Positions 47,456 through 57,800 of a DNA stretch of 64,000 bases are shown one piece after another. The position numbers and the translations under genes were made by a program. The notes beneath the pieces were generated by a model. It searched no databases and had not been told where the DNA came from. It saw only the letters and a program-made list of their open reading frames with translations. Source of the stretch: Eubacteriales bacterium (lineage in GTDB: Bacteria > Bacillota > Clostridia > Oscillospirales > CAG-272); contig JAZUKN010000102.1 of the NCBI GenBank assembly GCA_045643285.1, positions 45,996 to 109,995 of the forward strand, written 5' to 3'. Within the stretch, counting starts at the first letter, position 1. The number at the start of each line of letters is the position of its first letter.

Positions 47456-48093
47456 TAAAGCTCGAAAGAACATCGGTGATGAACCTCGAAAACGCCATAC
47501 GAGGTGCAAGAAATCCGCTTAATAGCTGGGCGCGTTCCGACAGCGAATACGATGAAGACGGGAACTATATCCTCGGCGAAAACGACCTCTCGCTTGCACG
47601 CCGCCTTGCCGTATCGGGAAGCGATCATCGCAAATATCTCCGTATGATATTTGTTTCCGTCGATATAACCGCGCCTCTTTATTGGTGGAAAGAATACGAT
47701 ACATATAAAGTCGGCACGGTCGCAAACTCCTGCTCGACGATGCACAAGATCCACTCAAAAGAGTTCTCGCGCGACGATTTCAGCCACGACAGAATGAGCG
47801 AGACCGCGCTCGCGTGCCTTGATTCCACTATATCCGTGCTTGAAGAACGCCGTCAGAAATTCAACGAAACAAAGGACACCGCGTATTGGAACGATATGAT
47901 CCAGCTTTTGCCGTCGTCCTATAATCAGATGCGTACCTGCACGCTCAACTACGAAAATCTTATCAATATCTATTACGCACGCAGATACCATAAGCTCGCC
48001 GAATGGCACGGATTTTGCCACTGGATAGAGTCGCTTCCGTACGCCTCGGAGCTTATTACCACACTCAGAGAAGAAAACGCGGAAAATAAATAA
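47452..48093 (+). CDS. ThyX-fold protein lacking the ThyX signature motif
   Basis: By eye it aligns along its length with flavin-dependent thymidylate synthase (HRKYLRMIFVSVDITAPLYWW; LLPSSYNQMRTCTLNYENLINIYYAR). The RHRxxSxxxxSxR motif reads TYKVGTVANSCST here. An ATGA overlap joins it to hslO. Confidence 0.55.
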   Translation: MIKLERTSVMNLENAIRGARNPLNSWARSDSEYDEDGNYILGENDLSLARRLAVSGSDHRKYLRMIFVSVDITAPLYWWKEYDTYKVGTVANSCSTMHKIHSKEFSRDDFSHDRMSETALACLDSTISVLEERRQKFNETKDTAYWNDMIQLLPSSYNQMRTCTLNYENLINIYYARRYHKLAEWHGFCHWIESLPYASELITTLREENAENK

Positions 48094-48117
48094 AAACATA
48101 CCGAAAGGAATAACAAT

Positions 48118-49284
48118 ATGCCCGAAACCGAGACACTCGACCGGACAAAGATCGGCAGGAACGCCGGTATTGTCGGAATAGTCGTAAATCTGCTCCTGTT
48201 CGCATTCAAGCTGATAGCGGGACTTGCGTCGGGAAGCGTGTCGATCATCGCGGACGCCGTGAATAACCTCACTGACGCAGGATCGTCGATCCTTGTTATG
48301 ATCGGCTATATCATCTCGTCGAAGCCTGCGGACTCAAAGCACCCGTTCGGGTACGCGAGAGCCGAATATCTCTGCTCACTGTTCATCTCGGTCATCGTTA
48401 CCGTGCTCGGAGTGGAGCTTCTCAAGTCATCTATAGAGTCGCTGAGAGCGGCACTTTCGGGTGGAGAAGCCGCAGTATTTCAGCCGGTCGCAATAATCAT
48501 AATGGCGGCGGCAATAGTCGCAAAAGCACTGCTCGCGCTGTTTTATCGGACTGTGGGTAAAAAGATCAACTCCGATGCGCTCAAGGCATCCGCCGTTGAC
48601 TCGATAGGCGACGTTTGCGCGACTGCCGCCGTAATTCTCGGAATCATTCTCACTCCGGTCATCGGACCTGCGGCGGACGGCATTTTCGGCTGTATCATCG
48701 CGGTTTATATCCTCATAATGGGCGTAAAACTTATTCTTGAATCGTCGGGAACACTGCTCGGCGAAGCACCGGACGTGTCGCTCATCAAAGAGATCGCCGA
48801 CAAGATCAAAACATACGACGGCGTTCTCGGGATCCACGATCTTGTCATCCATAATTACGGTGTGAATAATTGCTTTGCTTCCGTTCACGTTGAAGTTGAC
48901 GCGGAACGGGACGTTATGGAAAGCCACGACGTCATGGACAACATCGAAGCGGATTTCCGCCGTGAGAAGGGAATACAGCTCGTCGTCCACCTCGATCCGA
49001 TATCCGTAAGCGACGAAAAAACAAACACACTTCGCGCGAAAGTACACGAGATAATCGACGTGATAGCCGCTGAGTATTCGTCTCCCGTGTCGATGCACGA
49101 TTTCCGCGTTGTTTTCGGTGTTTCTCACTCGAATATCATTTTCGATATAGCGGTGTCGAACGATTTTCCGCTTCAGAACAACGAGCTTGCCGAGCTTGTA
49201 AAGAAAATGATAAAAGAAAGAATCGGTGATGGATATTTCACCGTGCTGACTATAGACCGCGACTATATCACAACAAGATATTGA
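48118..49284 (+). CDS. cation diffusion facilitator (CDF) family metal efflux transporter
   Basis: 6 TM helices, motifs ADAVNNLTD and DSIGD, and a C-terminal cytoplasmic domain. Confidence 0.9.
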   Translation: MPETETLDRTKIGRNAGIVGIVVNLLLFAFKLIAGLASGSVSIIADAVNNLTDAGSSILVMIGYIISSKPADSKHPFGYARAEYLCSLFISVIVTVLGVELLKSSIESLRAALSGGEAAVFQPVAIIIMAAAIVAKALLALFYRTVGKKINSDALKASAVDSIGDVCATAAVILGIILTPVIGPAADGIFGCIIAVYILIMGVKLILESSGTLLGEAPDVSLIKEIADKIKTYDGVLGIHDLVIHNYGVNNCFASVHVEVDAERDVMESHDVMDNIEADFRREKGIQLVVHLDPISVSDEKTNTLRAKVHEIIDVIAAEYSSPVSMHDFRVVFGVSHSNIIFDIAVSNDFPLQNNELAELVKKMIKERIGDGYFTVLTIDRDYITTRY

Positions 49285-49302
49285 TTTTTACTATTCCGAG
49301 TC

Positions 49303-49336
49303 AAAAAAAGAGCCGTACAGAACGGTTCTTTTTTTG
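49303..49336. terminator. bidirectional-type terminator after the CDF gene
   Basis: An A-run, then GAGCCGT-acaga-ACGGTTC, then TTTTTTTG. Confidence 0.7.
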
Positions 49337-49426
49337 TGCAAATATAAAAAATGTTTGTGTATATATAATAAAGAAACATAATTTCAATAAAAAAAGGATT
49401 TTTATTGTATTTTTGTAAAATAAATA

Positions 49427-49455
49427 TTGACAGATGTTTCTGATAGTGGTATACT
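49427..49455 (+). promoter_or_regulatory. sigma-A promoter of the giant surface-protein gene
   Basis: TTGACA-17 nt-TATACT, set in an AT-rich spacer. Confidence 0.75.
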
Positions 49456-49510
49456 AAATTTTGTATACGAATACATATTTGCGTATTATAGCAATTTTCA
49501 GGAGGAAGAC

Positions 49511-52500
49511 ATGAAAAAAATTTTATCACTCGTACTCGTCGCAGTTATGCTCATCAGCCTTATGCCGCTGAGCGTTTTTGCAGACGGAAAAGCAACAGGC
49601 TACGGCTTGAAGCTCGTTATCAGCAAGGATACCGAGACTTTCAAAGAAGCCGAAAATGCTGTTTCCAAGACCGTTCTCAGACTTGACATTATGTATACGT
49701 CAGGCTCAAACGAGTCGACTTCTCAGCTTCTCAGCGTTGACTACGATGCAACGAAGCTTGAAATGCTTGATTTGTCTGATGATCCAGACTTTTTCGGAAT
49801 ATCAGGAGAGTATGACTTGACAAACTATTATACATACAGTGACGACACTGCAAGTACCTATGTTCGTAAGGGCAAAGAGTACTACACTAAAGCTTCAAAA
49901 ACCGCTAAAAGAGATATAAATGAGCTTTGCTTCTACTCGATTATCTCTAACGGCATCGGATATATGACATTCCACATCACCGAAGGAAGCGGAGCATTGC
50001 CGTACAATAAAGAAGTTACCGGTTCCGACTATTCGACGCTCGCTTCCGTTTATTTCGCTCTTAAGGAAGGCGTATCGTTCGATGATCTTCCGACAGACCT
50101 TTTCTGGTTCTCGGATCTCTCCGAAGATAAGGATATTACAAAGCAGAGCAACGCGATCAGTATTTCCGACGGTAAAGTACTTTACGCATGGGGATGCATT
50201 GACTCGGCTGACGATACACTGGACATCTCTCCCGAATTCACTCCCGGTGAAGGCGTAACGTTCCACACTGAAAAGGTCGACGCAGTTGCTCCCGTTATTT
50301 CCGCTCAGCCTACCGGCAGCGAATATATCAAGGGCGCGACCGCAGAAGCACTTTCCGTGACTGCAAGCGTTACCGACGCAGGTACTCTTTCCTATAAGTG
50401 GTACAAGAATACCGAGAACAGCACGACAGGCGGAAGCGAAGTCGGTACGGAAGCGACATACACACCCGCCACAACTGACGTCGGCACGGCTTACTACTTT
50501 GTAGTCGTAACTAATACGAATGATGCCGCAACAGGCACAAAGACCGCGTCCGTCACAAGTAACGCAGTCGCCGTTACCGTTTCCGAAGATCCCGATGTAC
50601 TTGCTCTCAATGCAGCGGCAGAGGCGATCAAGGATCTCACATACGAAATGGCTCAGGCTGACGCTACTGATGAAGCCGCAATAAAGACATTCATCAAAAC
50701 GACCGCAGAAGCCGCTATCACAAACGGCGTAACGGTTTCCGAAGTCACGAAATCCTCCTATACGCCTGCCGTAGCCGGAACGAGTGCCGCTCCTGCAGGT
50801 ACAAACGGAACGTATGAGTTCACACTGACTCTCTCGAAAAACTCCAAAACTCTTTCTCCTGATGCATTATATACACTTACTATAAAAGCAACCGCTTTCA
50901 CAGGTACAACAGACGTACAGGCAGTAGCCGCAGCTAAGGCGGCGATCAAAGACGGCGAAGCAAACGTATCCTTTAAGGCTGATGCCGAAGAAAGATATAC
51001 GAAAGTAAAAGCACTTGTTGATTCTCAGCTCACCGGAGTTACAGAATCTAAAGGCGTTGCAATAGTAATTGAACTAAAATCGAATAATGTTTATACAGTT
51101 AAATTGTCCAAGGGTTCTGTAAATGACGCTAAGGACATCACAGTAACATTCAACGAAGCTCCCGACCCGAATATCGCAGTGGCAGATGCCGCAAAGACGG
51201 TAGCAAACGGGGCAACATACTCCGAAACAACACAGGCGAAAGCTCCCGATGAAGACGCAGTCAAGGCTGAAGTTAAAGAGACAGCCGAGACAGCAGTCAA
51301 TAACAACGATGTCACGGTAGAGATCGTAAAGGTTTCCTATACAGCTCCGGAAGCAGGAACAAGCGCAAAGCCTGCCGGAACAGACGGCGAATTTAAGTTC
51401 AAAGTCAAAGTCACAGCAGGTGAGATCACAAGAGAGACCGACGAAAAGACAGTTGTGATCAAAGCTACTGTATACGACGGACTTACAGACAAACAGGCAG
51501 TTGCAAATGCAGTTGAAGCAATCGGCAAGATTAAATGGGATGACATTGCACAGGCTGACGGCAACACCGAAGAAAAAGTTAAGACGCTCATTGAAAATAA
51601 GCTCGAAGACATCGACTATGCAGACATCACAGTCACTGTTTCCGACTTCACAGCCGCAGTTGAGGGAACAGCCGCAACATCACACGAAGGCACAAACGGC
51701 TCGTTCAAGTTCACCGTAAAGGTTCAGAAGAACGCCGAGAACGCAACACCGATCACCGATAAAGAGCTTGAGATCATTGCAACCGAGTTCAAGGGTGTGC
51801 TTGATACAGATGCAGTTGCAGCCGCTAAAGACGCGATCAAGGACGGCGAAGTAATTGTTCCGTTCGGCTCAGACCAGGCAGCAAAGACAGCAGCAGTTCA
51901 GAAGCACATCGACAGCTATCTCACAGGCGATGCAGAGGGCGTAAAGGCTGAGATCACAGGCGTTTCCGGCAACGTTTATACAGTTAAGCTCACAAAGGGC
52001 GCTGTTGTAGATACAAAGGACGTTACAATTACCGTAACAGAATCGGCTGACCCCGATATTGAGATCATCGCCAATGCTGTAAAGTCTGTCGAGGAAATCA
52101 CATGGCAGGATGTACCCGATACAGTATTCAATACAGAAGATGGTGCAAAAGAGTATGTGGAAAATGCTGTTAAAAACGAAATTAAAAATGAAGAAATAGA
52201 CGTAACAGTAATCACCAATCTCTTCACAGCCGCAGTTGACAGTAACGCCGCATCAAAGGACCACAAAGGAACAGACGGTATCTTCAAATTCGATGTAAAG
52301 CTCATAAAGGGACTTCAGTCCGGAGAAGATAAAGACAATACTATAAACATTCTTGCGCAGGACTACGAAGGACTTCTTGACTGTGAAGCAGTAGCAAACG
52401 CAGTTGAAGCAATTGGCAAGCTCACATGGGAAGACATTGCACAGGCTGACGGCAACACCGAAGAAAAAGTAAAGACGCTCATTGAAAATAAACTCGAAGA

Positions 52501-54664
52501 CATCGAAAACGTAGACATCACAGTAACCGTTTCCGACTTCACAGCCGCAGTTGCAGGTTCTGCCGCAACATCGCACGAAGGCACGGAAGGCTCGTTCAAG
52601 TTCACCGTAATTGTTAAAAAGAACGCCGAGAACGCAACTCCGATCACCGATAAAGAGCTTGAGATCATTGCAACCGAGTTCAAGGGCGTGCTTGATACAG
52701 AAGCAGTTGCAGCCGCAAAAGCCGCACTTGAAAACGGCGAAGTAACAGTTGCATTCGGCGCAGATCAGACGGCAAAGACAGCCGCAGTTCAGAAGCACAT
52801 CGACAGCTACCTCACAGGCGATGCAGAGGGCGTAAAGGCTGAGATTACAGGCGTTTCCGGCAACGTTTATACAGTTAAGCTCACAAAGGGCGCTGTTGTA
52901 GATACAAAGGACGTTACAATTACCGTAACAGAATCGGCTGACCCCGATATCGCACTTGTCGCACAGGCATTTGCCGCAGTTGACGGTCAGACATACTCGA
53001 ACGGCAAGCAGAAGAATATCTACACCGAAGAACTCGCCGCAAATAAGATCAAGAAGCTCGCAACAACGGCTCTTACAAGCGCCGAAATTACATCCGGAAT
53101 CGACGTAACAGTTGAAACAGTATCGTTCACAGCCGCAGTCGCAGGTGACGCCGATACAACAGCCGAAGGTGTAAACGGTGAATACAAGTTCAAAGTAAAA
53201 GTAACCGCAACAAAGGGTACTCCGTCCGAAACGACAGCAGAAAAGACAATTGCGATCACAGCAACCGCTTACGAAGGTGTCATGAACATCGACGCAGTCA
53301 ACGCCGCCGCAAATGCTCTCAAGGATAAAGAGATCACAGTCCGTCACGGCGCATCCGCAACTGAAAAGACAAATGCCCTCAATGATTATCTCAAATCTGT
53401 TCTCACAGGAACAGCCGAGGGAGTAACTGAAGATGTTAAGAACGATGGTAATTCGTATACCGTAACATTCACAAAGGGCACAAAGTCCGTTACAAAGACA
53501 GTCACGATCGTTGTTGAGGAAGAAAAGTTCATCGATCTCGCAAAGGTAAACGGTCTGAAGTATGAAGACAGAGTTCTCTACTGGAACCCCGTTCCGAAAG
53601 CTTCCTATTATAAAGTATATGTAATGGCACTTCCCGAAACGAATATCGAACGCGCACAGGTTTATACAACAAGACTTTGCCAGCTCGATATGACAGATAA
53701 GCTCGCAGACGGTGTGTCTTACACATTCAAGGTTTGCGCTATGGGTGACTGGGTAACATACGCAGACGGACCTGTTTCCGATCTTTCTGCACCGTTCACC
53801 TATAAGAGACTTAGCGCGGCTGAGTGGAATATGTGGTGGATCCTCTACCAGCTTCAGACAAAGGTAAGCGTCATCACTGCAGAAGCAGGTGAGGGCGGCA
53901 CAATATCCAATGCAGGCGACAAGAACATCACATACACTGAAAAGCTCAAGTACGTTATCACTCCCGATGAAGGATACGAAATAGAAGCTGTATACGTAAA
54001 CGGCAAGAATGTCGGCGCACTCGATCTGTACGTCTTCGCAAAGGTCGAAAAGAACCAGACGATCAAGGCAACGTTCAAGAAGATCGCATCCGATGAGTGG
54101 GTCAACCCGTTTGAAGATGTCGCTGAGACGGACGAATATTTCGAAGCTATCAAGTTCGTAAACGAAAACGGCCTCTACAATGGCGTAAGCGAGACGAAGT
54201 TCGCTCCGCACTCCACAATGACAAGAGCGATGTTCGTAACAGTTCTCGGCAGACTCGCAGGTGTTGACACTGAAAAGTACACCGAAACATCGTTTGATGA
54301 CGCAGAACTCGGTCAGTGGTACTCCGCTTATGTTGAATGGGCGGCAGATAACGGCATCGTAAATGGCTATGGCAACGGTAAGTTCGGCGTAAACGATGAA
54401 GTTACAGTTGAACAGGCTGCAGCAATCATCGCACGTTACGCTCGCTTCGTTGGAATCGATACGGCTGACGCTACACTCGACGAATTCGAGGACGCAGCAG
54501 ACCTCTCCGATTGGGCAGTAGCCGATATGGCATGGCTCACAGAGTTCGGCGTATACGTTCCGAAGGATCAGAAGCTCGCTCCTAGGACAAAGGCTGAGCG
54601 TGCACTGGTTGCAACAATGATGTTTAACTTCTCCGTGAAGTTTGCATCGGAAACGGAAGACTGA
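49511..54664 (+). CDS. giant (1717 aa) S-layer-homology cell-surface protein: signal peptide, cohesin-like module, Ig-like domain, repeated ~100-aa modules, FN3/InlB-B-repeat-like domains and 3 SLH repeats
   Basis: AGGAGG RBS and signal peptide MKKILSLVLVAVMLISLMPLSVFA. The C-terminus carries three SLH repeats (FEDVAETDEYFEAIKF..., FDDAELGQWYSAYVEW..., FEDAADLSDWAVADMAW...). The N-terminal module contains VDYDATKLEML. Confidence 0.9.
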   Translation: MKKILSLVLVAVMLISLMPLSVFADGKATGYGLKLVISKDTETFKEAENAVSKTVLRLDIMYTSGSNESTSQLLSVDYDATKLEMLDLSDDPDFFGISGEYDLTNYYTYSDDTASTYVRKGKEYYTKASKTAKRDINELCFYSIISNGIGYMTFHITEGSGALPYNKEVTGSDYSTLASVYFALKEGVSFDDLPTDLFWFSDLSEDKDITKQSNAISISDGKVLYAWGCIDSADDTLDISPEFTPGEGVTFHTEKVDAVAPVISAQPTGSEYIKGATAEALSVTASVTDAGTLSYKWYKNTENSTTGGSEVGTEATYTPATTDVGTAYYFVVVTNTNDAATGTKTASVTSNAVAVTVSEDPDVLALNAAAEAIKDLTYEMAQADATDEAAIKTFIKTTAEAAITNGVTVSEVTKSSYTPAVAGTSAAPAGTNGTYEFTLTLSKNSKTLSPDALYTLTIKATAFTGTTDVQAVAAAKAAIKDGEANVSFKADAEERYTKVKALVDSQLTGVTESKGVAIVIELKSNNVYTVKLSKGSVNDAKDITVTFNEAPDPNIAVADAAKTVANGATYSETTQAKAPDEDAVKAEVKETAETAVNNNDVTVEIVKVSYTAPEAGTSAKPAGTDGEFKFKVKVTAGEITRETDEKTVVIKATVYDGLTDKQAVANAVEAIGKIKWDDIAQADGNTEEKVKTLIENKLEDIDYADITVTVSDFTAAVEGTAATSHEGTNGSFKFTVKVQKNAENATPITDKELEIIATEFKGVLDTDAVAAAKDAIKDGEVIVPFGSDQAAKTAAVQKHIDSYLTGDAEGVKAEITGVSGNVYTVKLTKGAVVDTKDVTITVTESADPDIEIIANAVKSVEEITWQDVPDTVFNTEDGAKEYVENAVKNEIKNEEIDVTVITNLFTAAVDSNAASKDHKGTDGIFKFDVKLIKGLQSGEDKDNTINILAQDYEGLLDCEAVANAVEAIGKLTWEDIAQADGNTEEKVKTLIENKLEDIENVDITVTVSDFTAAVAGSAATSHEGTEGSFKFTVIVKKNAENATPITDKELEIIATEFKGVLDTEAVAAAKAALENGEVTVAFGADQTAKTAAVQKHIDSYLTGDAEGVKAEITGVSGNVYTVKLTKGAVVDTKDVTITVTESADPDIALVAQAFAAVDGQTYSNGKQKNIYTEELAANKIKKLATTALTSAEITSGIDVTVETVSFTAAVAGDADTTAEGVNGEYKFKVKVTATKGTPSETTAEKTIAITATAYEGVMNIDAVNAAANALKDKEITVRHGASATEKTNALNDYLKSVLTGTAEGVTEDVKNDGNSYTVTFTKGTKSVTKTVTIVVEEEKFIDLAKVNGLKYEDRVLYWNPVPKASYYKVYVMALPETNIERAQVYTTRLCQLDMTDKLADGVSYTFKVCAMGDWVTYADGPVSDLSAPFTYKRLSAAEWNMWWILYQLQTKVSVITAEAGEGGTISNAGDKNITYTEKLKYVITPDEGYEIEAVYVNGKNVGALDLYVFAKVEKNQTIKATFKKIASDEWVNPFEDVAETDEYFEAIKFVNENGLYNGVSETKFAPHSTMTRAMFVTVLGRLAGVDTEKYTETSFDDAELGQWYSAYVEWAADNGIVNGYGNGKFGVNDEVTVEQAAAIIARYARFVGIDTADATLDEFEDAADLSDWAVADMAWLTEFGVYVPKDQKLAPRTKAERALVATMMFNFSVKFASETED
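51476..52060 (+). repeat. intragenic direct repeat, copy 1 (~585 bp)
   Basis: Roughly 90% identical by eye to 52368..52950, offset 891 bp (297 codons). The last ~165 bp differ at only 2 positions. Confidence 0.85.
52368..52950 (+). repeat. intragenic direct repeat, copy 2
   Basis: See copy 1. It encodes ...AVANAVEAIGK...ADGNTEEKVKTLIENKLEDI...YTVKLTKGAVVDTKDVTITVTESADPDI. Confidence 0.85.
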
Positions 54665-54694
54665 GTTTCCCAAACTGACAGCATAAACTGAACA

Positions 54695-54745
54695 AAACCG
54701 ACAGGTTTACCGATAACCGGCAGCCTGTCGGTTTATTATTGTTCT
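54695..54745 (+). terminator. rho-independent terminator after the giant gene
   Basis: AAACCGACAGG...CCTGTCGGTTT followed by ATTATTGTTCTTTT. Confidence 0.8.
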
Positions 54746-54762
54746 TTTATTGAAGAAAAATG

Positions 54763-54791
54763 TTGACACCAATTACCGAAAATGATATACT
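54763..54791 (+). promoter_or_regulatory. sigma-A promoter of the dockerin-protein operon
   Basis: TTGACA-17 nt-TATACT. Confidence 0.75.
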
Positions 54792-54841
54792 GATTATGGA
54801 TTTTTGTGCAAATTAAGTAGAATAATAACGAGGTGTTATCA

Positions 54842-57800
54842 ATGAAGCTATTTAAGAAAGTCACAGCCATACTTCTCGCATTTGTTCTTCTTATTCCTTA
54901 TGCCGTATATGCCGGAGAAAATGTCGGTGCGGCGTCCGGCGGCGGGAAACTCGATCTGGCACTGTTTTGCGCCGGAGAGATGGTCGAATCCGTTCATTTC
55001 GATCCGGATTTTGAAATAAATATGACTGACGGCGAAAGAATAGTGTACGATTCCGTTCGTGAAGCGACCGAACGCCACACAAAAACCGTTGACATTTCTG
55101 CCGCAGGATTTACTGATGCAGAAGCGCTTGCCGTTTTCCTTTCGACTGTATTCAATTATAAGCTCTATGACAGAGTGATTGACGACAAAGTCAATTACAC
55201 CGCAGAAGACGGCGTAATTTCTTCGCTGACATTCTCATACCCGAAAACAAACTTGCTTGACAAAGCAGAGATCGACTCTGTAAATAAAGGTATCGCGCAC
55301 GCTCTTCTTGAAGTCGAAGACGGAATGAGCGACCTCGAAAAAGCTCTCGTTCTTCATGATTATCTCGTCCGCGAAGTCGATTACGACTACGAAAACTTCT
55401 TACTTGAAAACATACCTGCTTCGTCATTCTTGCTTGACGGTGTATTTGTTCAGAGAGTTGCGGTGTGCGCCGGTTATGCCGATGCGTATAGCCTTCTGCT
55501 CTCACTCTGTGGGATCGACAGCTACTATATTTCATCCGAAACGATGAATCACGCCTGGAATATCGTGAAAATCGACGGCGAGTGGTATCACGTCGACACT
55601 ACATGGGACGATCCGATAATACACGACTCCATTGCAGGAGATATTACGTCCGAATATGTTACACACAGATATTTCTTGAGAAGCAACAGCGAGTTTCAAC
55701 TCAAGCTCGACCATAAAGGTTGGACTTATCCTGCCGGACTTGATAAATTCGCAGAAGACAGCACAAAGTATGTCGGCTACTCGTTCAGACCGAATGATAT
55801 GTATGAGAGTCTTCCCGGACTAATGAATAAGATCGGTGATAAGTATTATTCACTCTCAAACAGTGGCGGATCTGATACGATGAACATCTCTTCGTTCGAC
55901 GGTAAAGACTTCAAGACAGTCACACTCAACAAATATTACGAATATCTCTGCGAACTTGACGGAAAGTTGTACGTCAACGATGAGCACAATATTTACGAAC
56001 TCGGCACCGACGGAAAAATCAAATCATCGGTTTACCACCTTGACGAAGAAATACACAGCATAATCACAAAACTTGATTCACTTCTCGTTTATTATTACGA
56101 CGGAAATACAATAAAGATAAAAACCGTGCTTGACGGCACTACCGAAGAAAACTATATCGTCGAGGGCGATTACACGTTCATCCTGAAAAAAGACGGTGAA
56201 GCGATCCTCGTAAGCTATGTCGGAGACGAACCGCATATCGTTATTCCCGGTACGGTCAGAGGACACAAAGTAACTCAGATCGGAAGCGAGGCATTCATTG
56301 AATCCGATATTCACTCTGTTGTAATCCCTGATACAGTCCGTCTGATCGGCAAAAGTGCGTTTTATCAACTACAGGACCTCGAAAAAGTCACTCTTCCTGC
56401 TTCTCTTGAAGTCATTGATCAGTTTGCATTTTATAACGATAATAATCTTAAAACCGTAGTTGTACCGAAAAACGTCAAAAAAATTGATCAGTACGCTTTC
56501 GAATATTGCCGCCGGCTCAGTACACTTGTATTTGAGGGCGACGCTCCCGAAATCATCGGTCAGAAAGCACTTACTCGATATGATGGACAGTCGCCTTTGA
56601 TGATAGCCTATAAGAACGGTAAAAAAGGCTGGACTTCCGACACTTGGACAGACAACTACAGTCAAACCTATCCCACTGTTCAGTATAAATCATACGGGGA
56701 AGAGAACGACTTTGCCTTTATTGTCACACCGGACGGTAAAGCTATAGTTACTGCATATCTCGGTCACTCTGAGACCGTATCTGTTCCGCCAACACTCGGT
56801 GGATGCCCGGTTACCGAGATCGGAAGCTGTGCGTTCTTCTATAACGAAGAAATGGTCGATCTTACGCTTCCGGATTCCGTCGAAAAAATCGGTGATCAGG
56901 CGTTCTACACTTGCTGGAATATTTTGAACATTGATTTTCCGTCTTCTCTCAAAGAGATTGGATTTATGTCATTCTATCAGCTTGTGAATATCAAGCAGTA
57001 CGTTTTTCCTAAATCACTGCGGAAGATCGGCGACAGGGCTTTTGAAAAAGCCACAATGTTAAAAAATGTATATTTTGAGGGCGACGTTCCGACCGAGTGG
57101 GGTGACGACGTCATCACCGGCGAGAGTAATGCTGTTACAGTCCATTACACATCCGGCGCAAATGGTTTCACGTCTCCGAAATGGACGGACCCGAAAGGTA
57201 AACAGTACAATTCCGCTGTTTATGACGCGAACGGCGGACTTACATATACAAAATCAAAAGGAGAAATCACAATCACGGGATATGACGGCGTAAAGTCGAA
57301 GCTCGTTATTCCGTCTGAGATCGAGGGCTGTCCTGTTACCGCTATAGCCGATAATGCTTTCAAGGAAAATGGTGTTATAACAATTGTATCTCTTCCCGAC
57401 AGCATAAAATCTGTTGGTGACAGCGCATTTATGAAATGTTCCGCACTGTTTTCAGTCAATATTCCAAAATCAGTTGAAACAATAGGCAATTATGCGTTCT
57501 TCAACCTTAATTTCGTCACAGAATATCACTTCCCGTCAACTCTAAAATCAATCGGCGCACAGGCGTTTGCCTATAATCAGCGGCTCACCGACGTATATTT
57601 TGAGGGCGATGTTCCCGAAAAATGGGGAGCAAATGTATTTTATACTTGGGAAGACAGCGAGCAGACGACAGTCCACTATAACGAAGGAGCTAATGGCTTT
57701 ACCTCACCGACATGGACAGACCCGAACGGATTTGTTCATCCGTCAGAGATGCTCGGGAATCCGACAGAGCCTGAAAAATTCAGCGTTAAAGGAAAAGTCA

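Noticed and set aside
52253-54673. An 806-aa ORF antisense to the giant SLH gene. Similar long antisense ORFs include 7913..9130, 31764..32999, 35162..36280, 37728..38720, 404..904, 2516..3286, 20501..21235 and 45292..46131.
   Set aside because: Each lies exactly opposite a gene with strong family motifs. Their translations are low-complexity (C/R/F/V-rich) and show no recognisable domains or RBS. They look like a by-product of sense-strand codon bias, which depletes stop codons on the antisense strand.
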